Positions 46,791 to 56,953 of a stretch of 64,000 nt of DNA are shown here, in pieces. Position numbers and translations under genes: made by a program. This stretch comes from a virus. The stretch's first letter is position 1. Each line of letters opens with the position of its first letter. Under the pieces are notes generated by a model. The model worked only from the letters and a program-made list of their open reading frames with translations, was not told where the DNA came from and did not search any database. The stretch lies in the IMG/VR virus record IMGVR_UViG_3300003773_000042; one strand, 5' to 3'.

Positions 46791-47534
46791 TTGAGCACAC
46801 CAAAAGGCCGTGTACGGCCAGCAAACGACAGCGACATTCCAATTATCGAAGCTTGGCTCCCTACGGACGTCAGTGGCGATACCCTTGCGATTAACTGGGA
46901 CCTTACAAAGAAGGTCTACGCAAGAGATGGAATGCTGGTATGGGAAGATGCCATTACCCAAGAACCCGTGGCCTATTTCTGGGGCTCGCTGAATAGCACA
47001 GACAGCATTCTCGAAGTTCACCCCTCCCGCCGTGGAGAAGGTATCGGCCGCGCTGTGGTTGAGTATTTGCTTGAAAAGGCTCGCACAGCCAGGGAACTGC
47101 TGCTGGAAATTGAAGCCGCGCCGGCTTCTTCCGAAGCTTTCTGGACTTCGATGGGATTTGAGTTCCCTCAAGACCAGGTAGGCCAGCGGATTGGCCGACA
47201 AATATTGCGCATGCCGCAGCAGCTTCCAGAAGGTCCTCACGTCCAGGTCAAGGTCTCTTTCTTCCATGAGAGTGTGTTGTATGGCAAAGAACAGCCGCAT
47301 ACCCCTCTGGCCGAATACCTGCTCATTGGAGCTCACGACGGCGATGGCTCTATCGTGCTGAACGAAACGGTGGCGTGTTTCTCCCTTGGAAACGGGCGAG
47401 ACCTGGTTGTTTGGCTCGAGGTAGATGGGCGGACTATTTACTTTGAAAAAGCCAAGTACTCTGAGGGGGAAAAACTGGGCATCACCCGATGCGACAACGG
47501 CTTCTCGATTTCCGAGGTGGCCCTGCCCAACTGA
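46791..47534 (+). CDS. GNAT-family acetyltransferase with C-terminal extension
   Basis: LEVHPSRRGEGIGRAVVEYL...SEAFWTSMGF. Confidence 0.85.
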   Translation: MSTPKGRVRPANDSDIPIIEAWLPTDVSGDTLAINWDLTKKVYARDGMLVWEDAITQEPVAYFWGSLNSTDSILEVHPSRRGEGIGRAVVEYLLEKARTARELLLEIEAAPASSEAFWTSMGFEFPQDQVGQRIGRQILRMPQQLPEGPHVQVKVSFFHESVLYGKEQPHTPLAEYLLIGAHDGDGSIVLNETVACFSLGNGRDLVVWLEVDGRTIYFEKAKYSEGEKLGITRCDNGFSISEVALPN

Positions 47535-47654
47535 TATTGATTAGTGGCGTGTGTACACGCTACAGGCGGTTGACAGGAATCGTCACAGGAGTATTTGCGT
47601 GGTATACTATTAAATATCACTTACGTCATGCGGCTTATTGCCGCTTCCCTAGTC

Positions 47655-48569
47655 ATGACCCCACGCGAATACTTGCTGTCTCAAATCGAAGGACTGCTCG
47701 ACCCTACCCGGGTGACCATCAACCAGGCGGCTATCGAGGCAATCCAGCCTGATTTCTCGACTTTCTCGGTCGCCAGCGCGCGCCTGCCGTTCGCGCCGGC
47801 GAACCCGCGCGACGCCATCGTCTACATCCTGGCGCAGACGGCCCTGCAGTATCGCTTCTGGGACGGCTACGGCCCTTCCTACACCCGTTACACACTCGAC
47901 GGTAAGGTTGGTTCCGCTGCCATGGTGGCTGGCTTCGATGTTGCCTGGGGAGCCGACTCTCGCCCGGGGCCGGCGATTATCGAGTGCGCGCGCATCGTGC
48001 ACGCCTTGAACAAGAAAAAGGCTGCGGCCGCGATGGCGCCGGTGTTCGGCGACATTCCAGACCCGGTTTCGCGTGTGCTCATCCTGGGCAGTGTGCTGTT
48101 CTCGCCAGAGCTGGACCGAGTGGTCGACGCTCTGGACCGCTCCTTCCGCGCAGGGCATGCCGGCGTCGATGAGGCGATTCTGCTGTCCAAGGCGTTCCCG
48201 CGCGCGTACGGTGACATCCTCATCAAGAAAGCGATGCTCGCTGTCGGCCTGATGGTTGCGGAATACCGCCGCGCCGGCGTGGAGGTGAAGGAGGACCTGA
48301 TGGCCTACGCCGATTACCAAGTGCCCGCGGTTATGCGCCACATGGACATTCTCGAATACTCGCCGAAGTTGGCCGCGAAGGTCGACGGGCAAAAACACAT
48401 CAAGGCCGGCAGCGAAGATGAACTGGCCATTCGCGTGGCCACCATCATTGGCTGCGAACGGTTCGCGCGCCATCACAACGTGACGGCCGCCGAAACCGAC
48501 TGGTTCTTCTGGCTCAAGCGCAAGGAGCCTCAGAAACCATTCCACCTGACCGATACCACCGCTTACTGA
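47655..48569 (+). CDS. Queuosine-salvage N-glycosylase-like protein (DUF2419/QNG1)
   Basis: ALQYRFW, IKKAML, YADYQVPAVMRHMDILEYS, GSEDELAIRVATI, DWFFW. Confidence 0.8.
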   Translation: MTPREYLLSQIEGLLDPTRVTINQAAIEAIQPDFSTFSVASARLPFAPANPRDAIVYILAQTALQYRFWDGYGPSYTRYTLDGKVGSAAMVAGFDVAWGADSRPGPAIIECARIVHALNKKKAAAAMAPVFGDIPDPVSRVLILGSVLFSPELDRVVDALDRSFRAGHAGVDEAILLSKAFPRAYGDILIKKAMLAVGLMVAEYRRAGVEVKEDLMAYADYQVPAVMRHMDILEYSPKLAAKVDGQKHIKAGSEDELAIRVATIIGCERFARHHNVTAAETDWFFWLKRKEPQKPFHLTDTTAY

Positions 48570-48661
48570 GTTCCGCCAACCTGCCGAGCGGCTGGCGGAC
48601 AGCTTCCCCAGTACGCTGCCGCTCCTATACTCAGCAGGTCAACTCACTGAATGAAAAGCAC

Positions 48662-49090
48662 ATGAAAACCATTGCTGATATCGTTGTACTGCTGAAAAAC
48701 GGCGCCAAGCCTGTTGTCGAATTCGGTTCGGCCATCGGAGATAAAGAGCATTACGCGGAAACCGGTATGCGCGCGCGAGCAATTCGAGTTCAAAATGAAG
48801 GCGACTCCGTGGTAGGTATCGTCTTCCAGTTCGGCGAATTCGACGCACACAACCTCCCGCTGGAGCAAACGAACTACTATGACAAGTCGGGGAATCCTAC
48901 GCTCACCGCGCGTGAAGCGGGGTACTATCGACCGGAGGATAACGTGTACTTCGACCTCGACGAACCGCTGGAAAAACTGTTCTCCATCGTTGCGGCTGAA
49001 CGGCTCGCACTGTATGAACAATACCTGGCATCGGCGGCCGGCGAAAGCTACATCAGCTGGCTGGAAACGAAATTCCTGGCGGCAAATTAA
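48662..49090 (+). CDS. Hypothetical protein
   Basis: CTATACTCAGCAGGTC at 48625. Confidence 0.75.
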   Translation: MKTIADIVVLLKNGAKPVVEFGSAIGDKEHYAETGMRARAIRVQNEGDSVVGIVFQFGEFDAHNLPLEQTNYYDKSGNPTLTAREAGYYRPEDNVYFDLDEPLEKLFSIVAAERLALYEQYLASAAGESYISWLETKFLAAN

Positions 49091-49141
49091 CTCTCGAACC
49101 TGGCCTACTTGGTCAGGTTTTTTTCTTTTGACGGAATAACC

Positions 49142-49438
49142 ATGGCACTACGAATTCGAAATGACTACACGGCGGCCACCGAGGTCGACGGCGGACTCTT
49201 CGCGGTCCAACTGAGCGATGGCGGATGGGGCGTTGCTGATGGCCCAGGAACGGTTCTCAGCGCGCCGGATGAGTTGGAGCTGGCCGGCTGGCACGTTCCG
49301 GTGCGGTTCGAGACGGAAGCGGCCGCCGCGGCGGCCATTCGCAGTGGTCCGGACGCGATGTTCGACATTGCGCTCGAGTCGGCCTGGGTGCATCATTGCC
49401 TGGCTGCCGGCGGTGTTGTGTGGGACGCCTACAAGTGA
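49142..49438 (+). CDS. Hypothetical protein
   Basis: 98-aa ORF after a terminator-like hairpin. Confidence 0.65.
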   Translation: MALRIRNDYTAATEVDGGLFAVQLSDGGWGVADGPGTVLSAPDELELAGWHVPVRFETEAAAAAAIRSGPDAMFDIALESAWVHHCLAAGGVVWDAYK

Positions 49439-49479
49439 GCCTATACGGGGATAGGTCAACTATTCCCAAGGAGCTTCAA

Positions 49480-49770
49480 ATGGTAGGTCAAATTCATCCA
49501 TCGCACGTCTTGCCTGAAAAACTGTTCATGCGGCTGCGGTCCCTGAAGGCTCACAACCTCCACGGCGACTGCTACAAGATGGCGGCTAAGGCACTGGGCC
49601 TGACGCTGCTCGAACAGATGTTCACGCAGTACAATGAAATCCAAATGCGTGAAGGCGAACTGCGCCATGAGATTTACCAGGCGCGGCATCGTGCATACGA
49701 GCAGCTGCTGAAAGAAGCGAAATCTCGGCTGTCGAAAGAACAGTACGACAAGCTCTATATGTGCTTCTAG
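49480..49770 (+). CDS. Hypothetical protein
   Basis: CTATACGGGGATAGGTC at 49441, AAGGAG RBS. Confidence 0.75.
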   Translation: MVGQIHPSHVLPEKLFMRLRSLKAHNLHGDCYKMAAKALGLTLLEQMFTQYNEIQMREGELRHEIYQARHRAYEQLLKEAKSRLSKEQYDKLYMCF

Positions 49771-49867
49771 CATCAACTCTACGGCGTCCATCGGGCGCCG
49801 TTTTCTTTTGCCCGGCGCCCTTGGCCGAAAAGAAAACCCGCCGGGGAGGGCGGGTTAGAGGGGAGAA

Positions 49868-50374
49868 TTACTTGGTCAGGTTGAACCAGGCAGGCATCCG
49901 GAGACACAGCCAGCGATGCTCAGCACCGTTCTCGATGACCATGGAATCGGTCGTGTCAACTTCGGTCTTGAACACATCCGTGTCGGTGACGTCGAAACCG
50001 TAGTACGACACTTCGGCCTGGAGCGCTACCTTGTGCACAAGGTAGGGAGGCATTGCCGTACCGGTGGCATACTCGACGTGAACTTCAGAGCAGATACCGA
50101 ACTGCTTCAGCACGCTCAGCTCATCTTCGGTCAGCCAGCGGCCACCGCGGTCGCCAGGTTTGTTGACCAGGCGCAGGCGAGTATGGTTCTTGATGGTGAC
50201 GTCTGGCTCATGCAACCACACTTCATTGGGCACCTGGCCCAAGTCCTTGTAGTTGATGGACAGCTCGCCTTTTTCCAGCACTTCAACTTCGCCAATACGG
50301 GCATCTCGCAATGCTTCGATGACGTCTACTGCGGAAGCGTCGGATACGACAACGGTAACAAATGCCTTTTTCAT
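49868..50374 (-). CDS. Hypothetical protein
   Basis: Minus-strand CTATACCGAGTACGGAC at 50410-50426, GAGGA RBS. Confidence 0.75.
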   Translation of the reverse strand: MKKAFVTVVVSDASAVDVIEALRDARIGEVEVLEKGELSINYKDLGQVPNEVWLHEPDVTIKNHTRLRLVNKPGDRGGRWLTEDELSVLKQFGICSEVHVEYATGTAMPPYLVHKVALQAEVSYYGFDVTDTDVFKTEVDTTDSMVIENGAEHRWLCLRMPAWFNLTK

Positions 50375-50520
50375 GTTTATTTCCTCGGTATATCGGGTTC
50401 CGGGAATCGGTCCGTACTCGGTATAGCGCCGACCAGGCGCTGCACGCGGTAGACATACCTTGCGATTATGCAATTTCGCCTGTAGCCTAACGGAATATTC
50501 GCCAATACAGGAGTTAACCA

Positions 50521-51162
50521 ATGCATGAAATCGCTGCTATCCGGTCGCTAATCCACGAGGGCAAGTCCGATGCCGAAATTTCGGCAATCGTCAGTGAGTC
50601 AGCATTGAACCGAGGTGGTGGTGAGGTTGGTGCGCCGGGCAAGATGTTCCGCGCGCTGTCGAACACGGTGCACCGCGCGGTGGACCTGGCTTGCCCGGTA
50701 TCCGCACATGAACTGGTTGCCATCCTGTCGCTATTCCGCTCGGTTTGGGAAGAGGTGGTAGCCAACGGGGATAAGATGAAGGTTGAAAACGCATGCGAGT
50801 CCGTGTTTTGCGGAATTGCGCCTGGCATCCCAGTCGCCAAAGTCTACGAGCAGCTGGTCGACGATATGGAAGTGCTCATGACGCCCCCGGGCAGCATGAC
50901 CCCGGCTGAGCGTGCGCAGCGCGCGGAAGTTGAAAAACGGTACCTGATGACCGTTGGGTCCAAGCCCGTAGTGTGCCTGGCGAAGACCAGCGCCGCGGTT
51001 GTTGACGCTATTTCGGCGATACTGACCATCCTTGGCGCCGACGACCGCTACCAGGAACTGAGTTCGGACGACGCAATCGCGGCATCGGGGTGCACGCTCA
51101 TCCTGGTAATGCCACGGCAATCCTGGGCAGCGCTCATCCGCGAAGCGGCTGCAGAAAACTGA
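50521..51162 (+). CDS. Hypothetical protein
   Basis: AGGAG RBS, 213 aa. Confidence 0.7.
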   Translation: MHEIAAIRSLIHEGKSDAEISAIVSESALNRGGGEVGAPGKMFRALSNTVHRAVDLACPVSAHELVAILSLFRSVWEEVVANGDKMKVENACESVFCGIAPGIPVAKVYEQLVDDMEVLMTPPGSMTPAERAQRAEVEKRYLMTVGSKPVVCLAKTSAAVVDAISAILTILGADDRYQELSSDDAIAASGCTLILVMPRQSWAALIREAAAEN

Positions 51163-51254
51163 GCCGGCGCTTCCGGCCCGTTACGACCTTCGGACTGCTA
51201 CTATACCCAGATGCACAGCTTCCACCTGGAAGCTCACTATAGGACGGAGGACAA

Positions 51255-51533
51255 ATGAAACAATTACCGAGCGAAGTACTCGAGCAGCGCCTGAAAGCGG
51301 AGTATCCGCCGGACGCGACAAGCTGGAGCGATGCAACCGAAGAAGTGCGCGACATGTACCGTGAAGCGCGTAAACTGGCTGGCGTATCTGATGAAACCAC
51401 TCTCAATTTTCGGCTAATAAACGACCCGGCTCAGTGGAATACCCAGGGCATCGCCGGCATCATGAAGTTCTACGGCATGTTGGATGTGAAAAAGCAGCAG
51501 GAATTCTGCTCGCGGTTCAAGGCATTCTACTGA
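51255..51533 (+). CDS. Hypothetical protein
   Basis: CTATAC at 51201, GGAGG RBS. Confidence 0.7.
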   Translation: MKQLPSEVLEQRLKAEYPPDATSWSDATEEVRDMYREARKLAGVSDETTLNFRLINDPAQWNTQGIAGIMKFYGMLDVKKQQEFCSRFKAFY

Positions 51534-51672
51534 ACCTGGCCCGCGCCACCTCAAACCCAAGTTTTGGCTTGGGTTTTCTTTGGTCTCTGCTCGGTTAGTT
51601 GACTTGCGAAATTGCGTAAATAATGGCATACTAAGCGCACTATTTACTGAAAAATGCCATTGAGGGTTGAGC

Positions 51673-51918
51673 ATGTCAAAGAAACGCAAACCGAAGAAAC
51701 TGCCTTTCGAGGCAATTTCGATTGGGGACCACTGCCGAGCACGAGATGAGCGACGTGCGCGGTTGGAAAATAAGGCTGCACGCAATAATACTTCGGCTGT
51801 TACCGTCTATAAGCCAGATTCGGAAGGCAACCTCGTTGCTACGGAGGAGATTGCCGCTCCCAAGCCTGAGAGGATGAGCCGAAATCGAAATGCAAAACGA
51901 ATCTGGTCTACTCTTTGA
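51673..51918 (+). CDS. Small basic hypothetical protein
   Basis: GAGGG RBS, Lys/Arg-rich. Confidence 0.55.
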   Translation: MSKKRKPKKLPFEAISIGDHCRARDERRARLENKAARNNTSAVTVYKPDSEGNLVATEEIAAPKPERMSRNRNAKRIWSTL

Positions 51919-51959
51919 CCAGTCTCGGACCAAGCCTAATCAATCCGTGAGTTTTAATC

Positions 51960-52568
51960 GTGGCCGACGCTCCCCAGACAAAGACCTGCTGCTTCTGTAA
52001 AGAGGACCTCCCGCTGGAGTCGTTTGCTCTGAAAGTCCCTGCAAAGGGAGCCAGGCAGAGTCGCTGCCGGGCTTGCGCTAAAGTAGCCAGCCGGGCCAGC
52101 TACGAAAAGCACCGTGAAAGCGTTATCAAGAAAGCCGCGGTCAGCAAGAAAACCCAGCAAACGAATTTGCGGCAAGTCGTAGCCAGCTTGCTGGTCGGGG
52201 CAAGTTGTTGCAAGTGTGGGGCGGCAGAACATCTCGGCTTCAAGCTCAATGATGACTCGGCATGCCCTCGGGTGTCTGCGGCAATAAACCAAGGCTTGGC
52301 CCTTGAAACTGTGCTGGCGTCGGTCGCCGAAAGCTCGATTTTGTGCAAGGTCTGTGAGTACAAGGAATTTGGGGAGACACTGGTCAACTACATGGCCATC
52401 AAGACATCCGGCCTAGACTTTGTTGGCTCGCCGCTTACCAAGGCCCAGCAAAAGGAGCGCCGCACCCGGGCCAGTAAGGACCATCGCAGAGACCGTTTTG
52501 CCGAAGGTCGAATTCCAAGCTCGCGCGTGGTTCTCGAAGACCGTGCGCCGTTGCTGAGTACTTCCTGA
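51960..52568 (+). CDS. Zn-finger protein, degenerate HNH-like
   Basis: CCFC...CRAC, CCKCG...LGFK, ILCKVC; His/Asn of the HNH motif not evident. Confidence 0.55.
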   Translation: MADAPQTKTCCFCKEDLPLESFALKVPAKGARQSRCRACAKVASRASYEKHRESVIKKAAVSKKTQQTNLRQVVASLLVGASCCKCGAAEHLGFKLNDDSACPRVSAAINQGLALETVLASVAESSILCKVCEYKEFGETLVNYMAIKTSGLDFVGSPLTKAQQKERRTRASKDHRRDRFAEGRIPSSRVVLEDRAPLLSTS

Positions 52569-52620
52569 AGCCCAAAAAGAAAACCGCGAAGACTAGCTTC
52601 GCGGTTTAGAGGGTGCCATT

Positions 52621-53763
52621 TTAGGCAATGGCTGTCAGGCGAGACTTCAACCTGCTGACCATGGTTTTGGTCTGGCCTATCACTTTGCGGCCGCGCGAAC
52701 TACGTTCGGCCGCCAGCTCTTCTTCCGTTGGGTCGGTGGTGTAGAGCGGTTCCATATGGGCGCCGGCGGCGTTTTGGATGGCGGTGTGCTCTTCACTTAC
52801 CTCCGCTGCAGTCAGCTCATGGTCAGCCTGGTTATGGGCTGCCTTGACGCGACGCTGTTCGTACCAAACCAGGCCGAAGCATGCCGGCAGTGTCAGTGCG
52901 ATACCTGCGAGCGCAGTGGTGGAAACGTGCTCGTTCAGGATTACCGCAGCAAACAGAACCGTCAATGGCAAGGTCAGGAACGACAAAGCGTTAACCGTCA
53001 GTGCTTTACCGTGCTGGTAGGCCAGCGAGGTGCACAGTTGGCCACCGCAGGTCAGAATCGCCAGAACGAAGGTTACCAGCAGGTCGCGTGCCGTAACCTG
53101 CCATTGGCCGGTCACGAGGCAGTAGATGATGGCAACACCACCGGTCAGGGCATGCATCCAGAAAACACCACGCAGCGCAGGCTCGCCTGTGATAGCGAGT
53201 TTACGCATGTAGATTTGGAGCAGGGAACCCGACAAACCACCCAGCAGGCCAACGCCGATGAAGCCGAGGCTCACGTCGTCGAGGTAGGGCAGTGCGTTGA
53301 CGCCAACACCGAGGAATCCAACGCAGGTCAGCAGGATGGCGACGAAGGTTACCGACTCGCCCAGGAACAACGGCGCCAGAAGCGCAGTGAACAGGGGAGT
53401 GGAATAACCCAGCGTGCTGGCCAGGCTGGCTGGCATGTGACGAACGGTGAAGTACAGCACAAGGACCACCATGGCGCCGAAGAACGCACGCAGCACATAC
53501 ATCGTGCTGTATTTCTGGTCGAACTTCAGGCTGACCTTTTTCTTGCGAGCCATGAATCCCAGAATCGGCACCAGGAAGATGCTTTGCAGCGCCATGATGA
53601 CACCGAGCGACAGGTGGGCTGGAGTGGCCTTAGTAACGATTGCGCGCGAGGCGTACATTAATGCCGCGGACAGGGCCAGGACTACGAAGGCCGGAATAGC
53701 GGTTACTCGAACGACTTTGCTAACAGATTGCCAGAAAGTACCCTTATTTGTAGCGTATTGCAT
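52621..53763 (-). CDS. EamA/DMT-family transporter
   Basis: About 10 TM segments; ASTLGYSTPLFTALLAPLFLGE. Confidence 0.9.
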   Translation of the reverse strand: MQYATNKGTFWQSVSKVVRVTAIPAFVVLALSAALMYASRAIVTKATPAHLSLGVIMALQSIFLVPILGFMARKKKVSLKFDQKYSTMYVLRAFFGAMVVLVLYFTVRHMPASLASTLGYSTPLFTALLAPLFLGESVTFVAILLTCVGFLGVGVNALPYLDDVSLGFIGVGLLGGLSGSLLQIYMRKLAITGEPALRGVFWMHALTGGVAIIYCLVTGQWQVTARDLLVTFVLAILTCGGQLCTSLAYQHGKALTVNALSFLTLPLTVLFAAVILNEHVSTTALAGIALTLPACFGLVWYEQRRVKAAHNQADHELTAAEVSEEHTAIQNAAGAHMEPLYTTDPTEEELAAERSSRGRKVIGQTKTMVSRLKSRLTAIA

Positions 53764-54016
53764 GAATCACTATCCTTTGTTTGAAAGCTTGAAAAAATGT
53801 TTCCACTTTTTCGTATAGTGATAGATGGTTGCATCGCAGCAATTTTGTGTTATACAAGCCCGCGCCAGGTTACGTTAGCTGATTGGGCCTGATTAGCTGC
53901 GCAGCTAACATAGGGGAACTTCATACCTCGAGCGCAGCATCCTGGTCGCGAAGGGCGGCGTGCCGGCGCCTGGCCTATACGGAGATTCAAGGACAAATCT
54001 CTAGAAAGGACCTCAG

Positions 54017-54523
54017 ATGGAAATTCAAGTATTCACCTATGACGGCATGGACAAGCGACTGGAAGTCGTCAAGAACCTGCTGGTCACACTGCAATCCGCT
54101 GGCTTTACCGTACAGCTGGTTCACTGCTCAATCGCCACCGCGCGCCTGATGGGCTCGCAGCTCGGCGAGTCGGTGATGTCGGCGTATGACCTTCAGTTCA
54201 CGAACGTCGAAGCGGACTGCTTTTTGGTCGTGGATGCGGATATCGTGGCGCCAAAGACTGTTCGCCGCATAGAAAGCTTTGGCAAGCGTGTGTACGCTGT
54301 TGTGCCAAAGGAAGCGCTTTCATCGGTGAGGGACAATAAAACCACCCTGAACTTCAAGGACAAGCACGACCGTGTTGAGATTATTCCCAGGCTGATGGAT
54401 GACGACAATATGCCGCGTACTGCAGCCTGTCACCACTTTGCAGATACCTGCATGAGTTGTGAGGGCCTGGTCCTCAATTGGATGGCTGACCGGCGTGACC
54501 GCGCGGCCGGCGAAGGAAGTTAA
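54017..54523 (+). CDS. Hypothetical protein
   Basis: CTATACGG at 53975, AAGGA RBS. Confidence 0.7.
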   Translation: MEIQVFTYDGMDKRLEVVKNLLVTLQSAGFTVQLVHCSIATARLMGSQLGESVMSAYDLQFTNVEADCFLVVDADIVAPKTVRRIESFGKRVYAVVPKEALSSVRDNKTTLNFKDKHDRVEIIPRLMDDDNMPRTAACHHFADTCMSCEGLVLNWMADRRDRAAGEGS

Positions 54524-54633
54524 CTAGTCGAATTCCCACCCTCGAGCCCCGCAATTCCTATGGAACTGTGGGGTTATTTCATTTCTGACTTTGCATACAT
54601 TGCTATACCGAGACTTACCTCAAAGGATTGAAA

Positions 54634-55092
54634 ATGCAAGTACGAAATTTGGTCGTAGGCATTGCAGTAGCAGCTGTAATGGTAGGGTGTGCTACTCCTC
54701 GCCAAATGATTTTTGACACCGAAGTTGACCGGTTGTGTGTTACGGAGGGTGGTGTGCGAGTGTATGAGACTGTACCGACATCGCGAGCTCAACTTAGGTC
54801 GGATGGCTATCCAGCAGCGTGGGATTTTTCTAAAGGCGAATATGCCCTAGGGCCAGACTATAAAGTAATTTTTGAAACTCAGGTTTTGAAAGGCGCAACT
54901 AGTGCTGATGAGGGGGCACAGATTGTCAAATATGTTTTTGAAGTATATAGGCGGGCAGATAACCGGCTACTAGGGGTCGACTACTCGTTTGCACGTAAAG
55001 GAGGAGATGCTATTCAACTGCACCCTTCATCGCATTCGTGTCCGCCCGTTACCCAAGATGTCGTTAAGTCAATCTTCAAAGTGAAGGATTAA
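54634..55092 (+). CDS. Lipoprotein
   Basis: Lipobox VMVGC; AT-richer sequence; CTATACCG at 54603. Confidence 0.7.
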   Translation: MQVRNLVVGIAVAAVMVGCATPRQMIFDTEVDRLCVTEGGVRVYETVPTSRAQLRSDGYPAAWDFSKGEYALGPDYKVIFETQVLKGATSADEGAQIVKYVFEVYRRADNRLLGVDYSFARKGGDAIQLHPSSHSCPPVTQDVVKSIFKVKD

Positions 55093-55183
55093 ATAAAGAC
55101 TTGCCGAAAAATGAGGAAGACTGGCGCGCTTGTCCCAAATTGCATTAAACGCTATAATGTAATTCCGAATCGGAGGCGCCAAA

Positions 55184-55402
55184 ATGGAACAAACAGAAAT
55201 TAAGGTTGGGACCAGCTACCAAGGCAAGCGCTGGAAGGGCACACGCAAAGTCGTCGCAATCGAGCGACGGCTTAAACAGCCGGCCCTGGTACACTTCCTG
55301 GACGAGCGTACTCAGCGTACTGGCAATGCCGAGTTGCCTCAATTCGCGGCCAGTGCTGACAGTATTTCCTTTGCAGCGCTTTACCAGGCTCCCGCCGGCT
55401 AA
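55184..55402 (+). CDS. Small hypothetical protein
   Basis: TATAAT at 55154, GGAGG RBS. Confidence 0.6.
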   Translation: MEQTEIKVGTSYQGKRWKGTRKVVAIERRLKQPALVHFLDERTQRTGNAELPQFAASADSISFAALYQAPAG

Positions 55403-55473
55403 GCGTAGACCCTATTAAAGCAAGAGACTTCGCTATCGGCGAAGAGCGGCACTCGTGTGCCTATACTCCCGTC

Positions 55474-55869
55474 ATGAAGAATCCACGTTTTATCGAACTC
55501 AGCGCCGAAGTGCGCTACTGGGAAGACGCCACCGTAAATGGCCAGGCCGACGTCAAGGGTGAAATCCCGCTGCGCAAGGGCGAGTTATGGGTTCCCGTTA
55601 TTGACCTGGTCACGGGGCAAATCCAGAACTGGCCCTCCGGCGTCGAAGCCTCTATCCACTACAAAGTGTGCGATGCGGGGGAGTATTGGCTGCTGGACGA
55701 ATACAGCATGCGCATTGCTAAATGGAAGGGCTACTACGTGCCGGATGAAATCCTATGCGTGGGCGGTAGTGGCCACGGCGACTACATCATCTTCAATGTC
55801 GATGCGCAAGGTGCTATCCTCAAGTGGCGTCGACCCTCCATCGATACAGAGCAGTGGCAACTAGTGTGA
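55474..55869 (+). CDS. Phage-like conserved hypothetical protein
   Basis: VRYWEDA...IHYKVCDAGEY...GDYII; ATG only 6 nt after CTATACT. Confidence 0.7.
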   Translation: MKNPRFIELSAEVRYWEDATVNGQADVKGEIPLRKGELWVPVIDLVTGQIQNWPSGVEASIHYKVCDAGEYWLLDEYSMRIAKWKGYYVPDEILCVGGSGHGDYIIFNVDAQGAILKWRRPSIDTEQWQLV

Positions 55870-55970
55870 GGTTCCTTGCCGGCGTGAGTCCGCTCCAAGA
55901 CCGGCGTACTTTCACTCAAGCAGAACTTTTCAGCAGTTGCTGAAATCGCGCCGTACGGTGAAACCGCGGC

Positions 55971-56288
55971 TCACCTGTTGATGTATTCTTTCGCCGCGTC
56001 ACCACCTGGTCGCCGCCGGCCGGTAGATGCATGCCGGTGCCAGCCCGCCGGCTCTTTCTCGACTGCAGGGTCAAACGCCATCATGCTCGCCTCAGCCAGC
56101 TCCAGGCTCTCGTAGCAGTAGAAATCAGCATACCCACCCTGGTGTACATCCCAGAACAGCCGTCCATTCGAGATGCTCATCGGCCCGACGGCAATCACCA
56201 GTCCGTTATCCAGGCAGCGCCAGGCGGTGAATCCCCAAATTTGCATGTCTCGGTCGGTGAACGGCATTTCCATCAAAAACGACTCCAA
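55971..56288 (-). CDS. Hypothetical protein
   Basis: Operon with the TrfB-like gene; start uncertain (alternative ATG at 56273). Confidence 0.6.
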   Translation of the reverse strand: MESFLMEMPFTDRDMQIWGFTAWRCLDNGLVIAVGPMSISNGRLFWDVHQGGYADFYCYESLELAEASMMAFDPAVEKEPAGWHRHASTGRRRPGGDAAKEYINR

Positions 56289-56296
56289 TCGTTGAG

Positions 56297-56548
56297 CTAA
56301 GTCGCTATGGTATCAAACTGCTGCTCGGCGCCGTCTGGAAGTGGCTGGGACGGGTAGGCGGCCAAGATGGTCGCGTCGGCTTTGCGGAACCGATTCACAG
56401 CGTTCCAAACCGATTGAGGTGACATGTCCAGCGCGCGCGCAGTATCCGTGGGCCTGGCGCCATGCAAAATTACCTGCCGGGCGGCCTCGCACGGTTTCCC
56501 TTTGGCGCCAGTCAGCTTCGCGACCGCGTCAAACTGCTTCAAATTCAT
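56297..56548 (-). CDS. TrfB/KorA-like HTH transcriptional repressor
   Basis: QFDAVAKLT...EAARQVILHG...TARALDMSPQSVWNAVNR. Confidence 0.75.
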   Translation of the reverse strand: MNLKQFDAVAKLTGAKGKPCEAARQVILHGARPTDTARALDMSPQSVWNAVNRFRKADATILAAYPSQPLPDGAEQQFDTIAT

Positions 56549-56560
56549 CGCTCGACTCCG

Positions 56561-56953
56561 TTAAATGCAGCATTTCACCTGGCGCTTGATTTTGCCGCTT
56601 TCCATAAAAAAGACAGACACGTCGCCATAGGCTCCTTCTCGTGCCATACGGGTCACTATAGGCGCACGAGACACCCATCCTTTGCGTTCGACACGCATTG
56701 GACCATCCGGGCCATCGCCCAGGAATACGGTGATTCGGACCAGGCTTGCTTTGTAGCGCGCGGCCGCGTCGTGCCCGACTCGCCAGTCTGCGTAGCGCTG
56801 GCCGGTCAGGTGCTCAGGCGGGTAGCGGTCGAACAGGATACCGTTGACCCGGCGCTTGCCCTTCAGCCCTTCCTCCCAGCCAGAGATGATATCCGTGTTG
56901 CAGACGCCCAGCCTGTCTTTGATGAGGTCGATGAGTTCTTGTTTTACCTTCAT
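56561..56953 (-). CDS. Hypothetical protein
   Basis: GGAG RBS; upstream of the TrfB-like gene. Confidence 0.65.
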   Translation of the reverse strand: MKVKQELIDLIKDRLGVCNTDIISGWEEGLKGKRRVNGILFDRYPPEHLTGQRYADWRVGHDAAARYKASLVRITVFLGDGPDGPMRVERKGWVSRAPIVTRMAREGAYGDVSVFFMESGKIKRQVKCCI

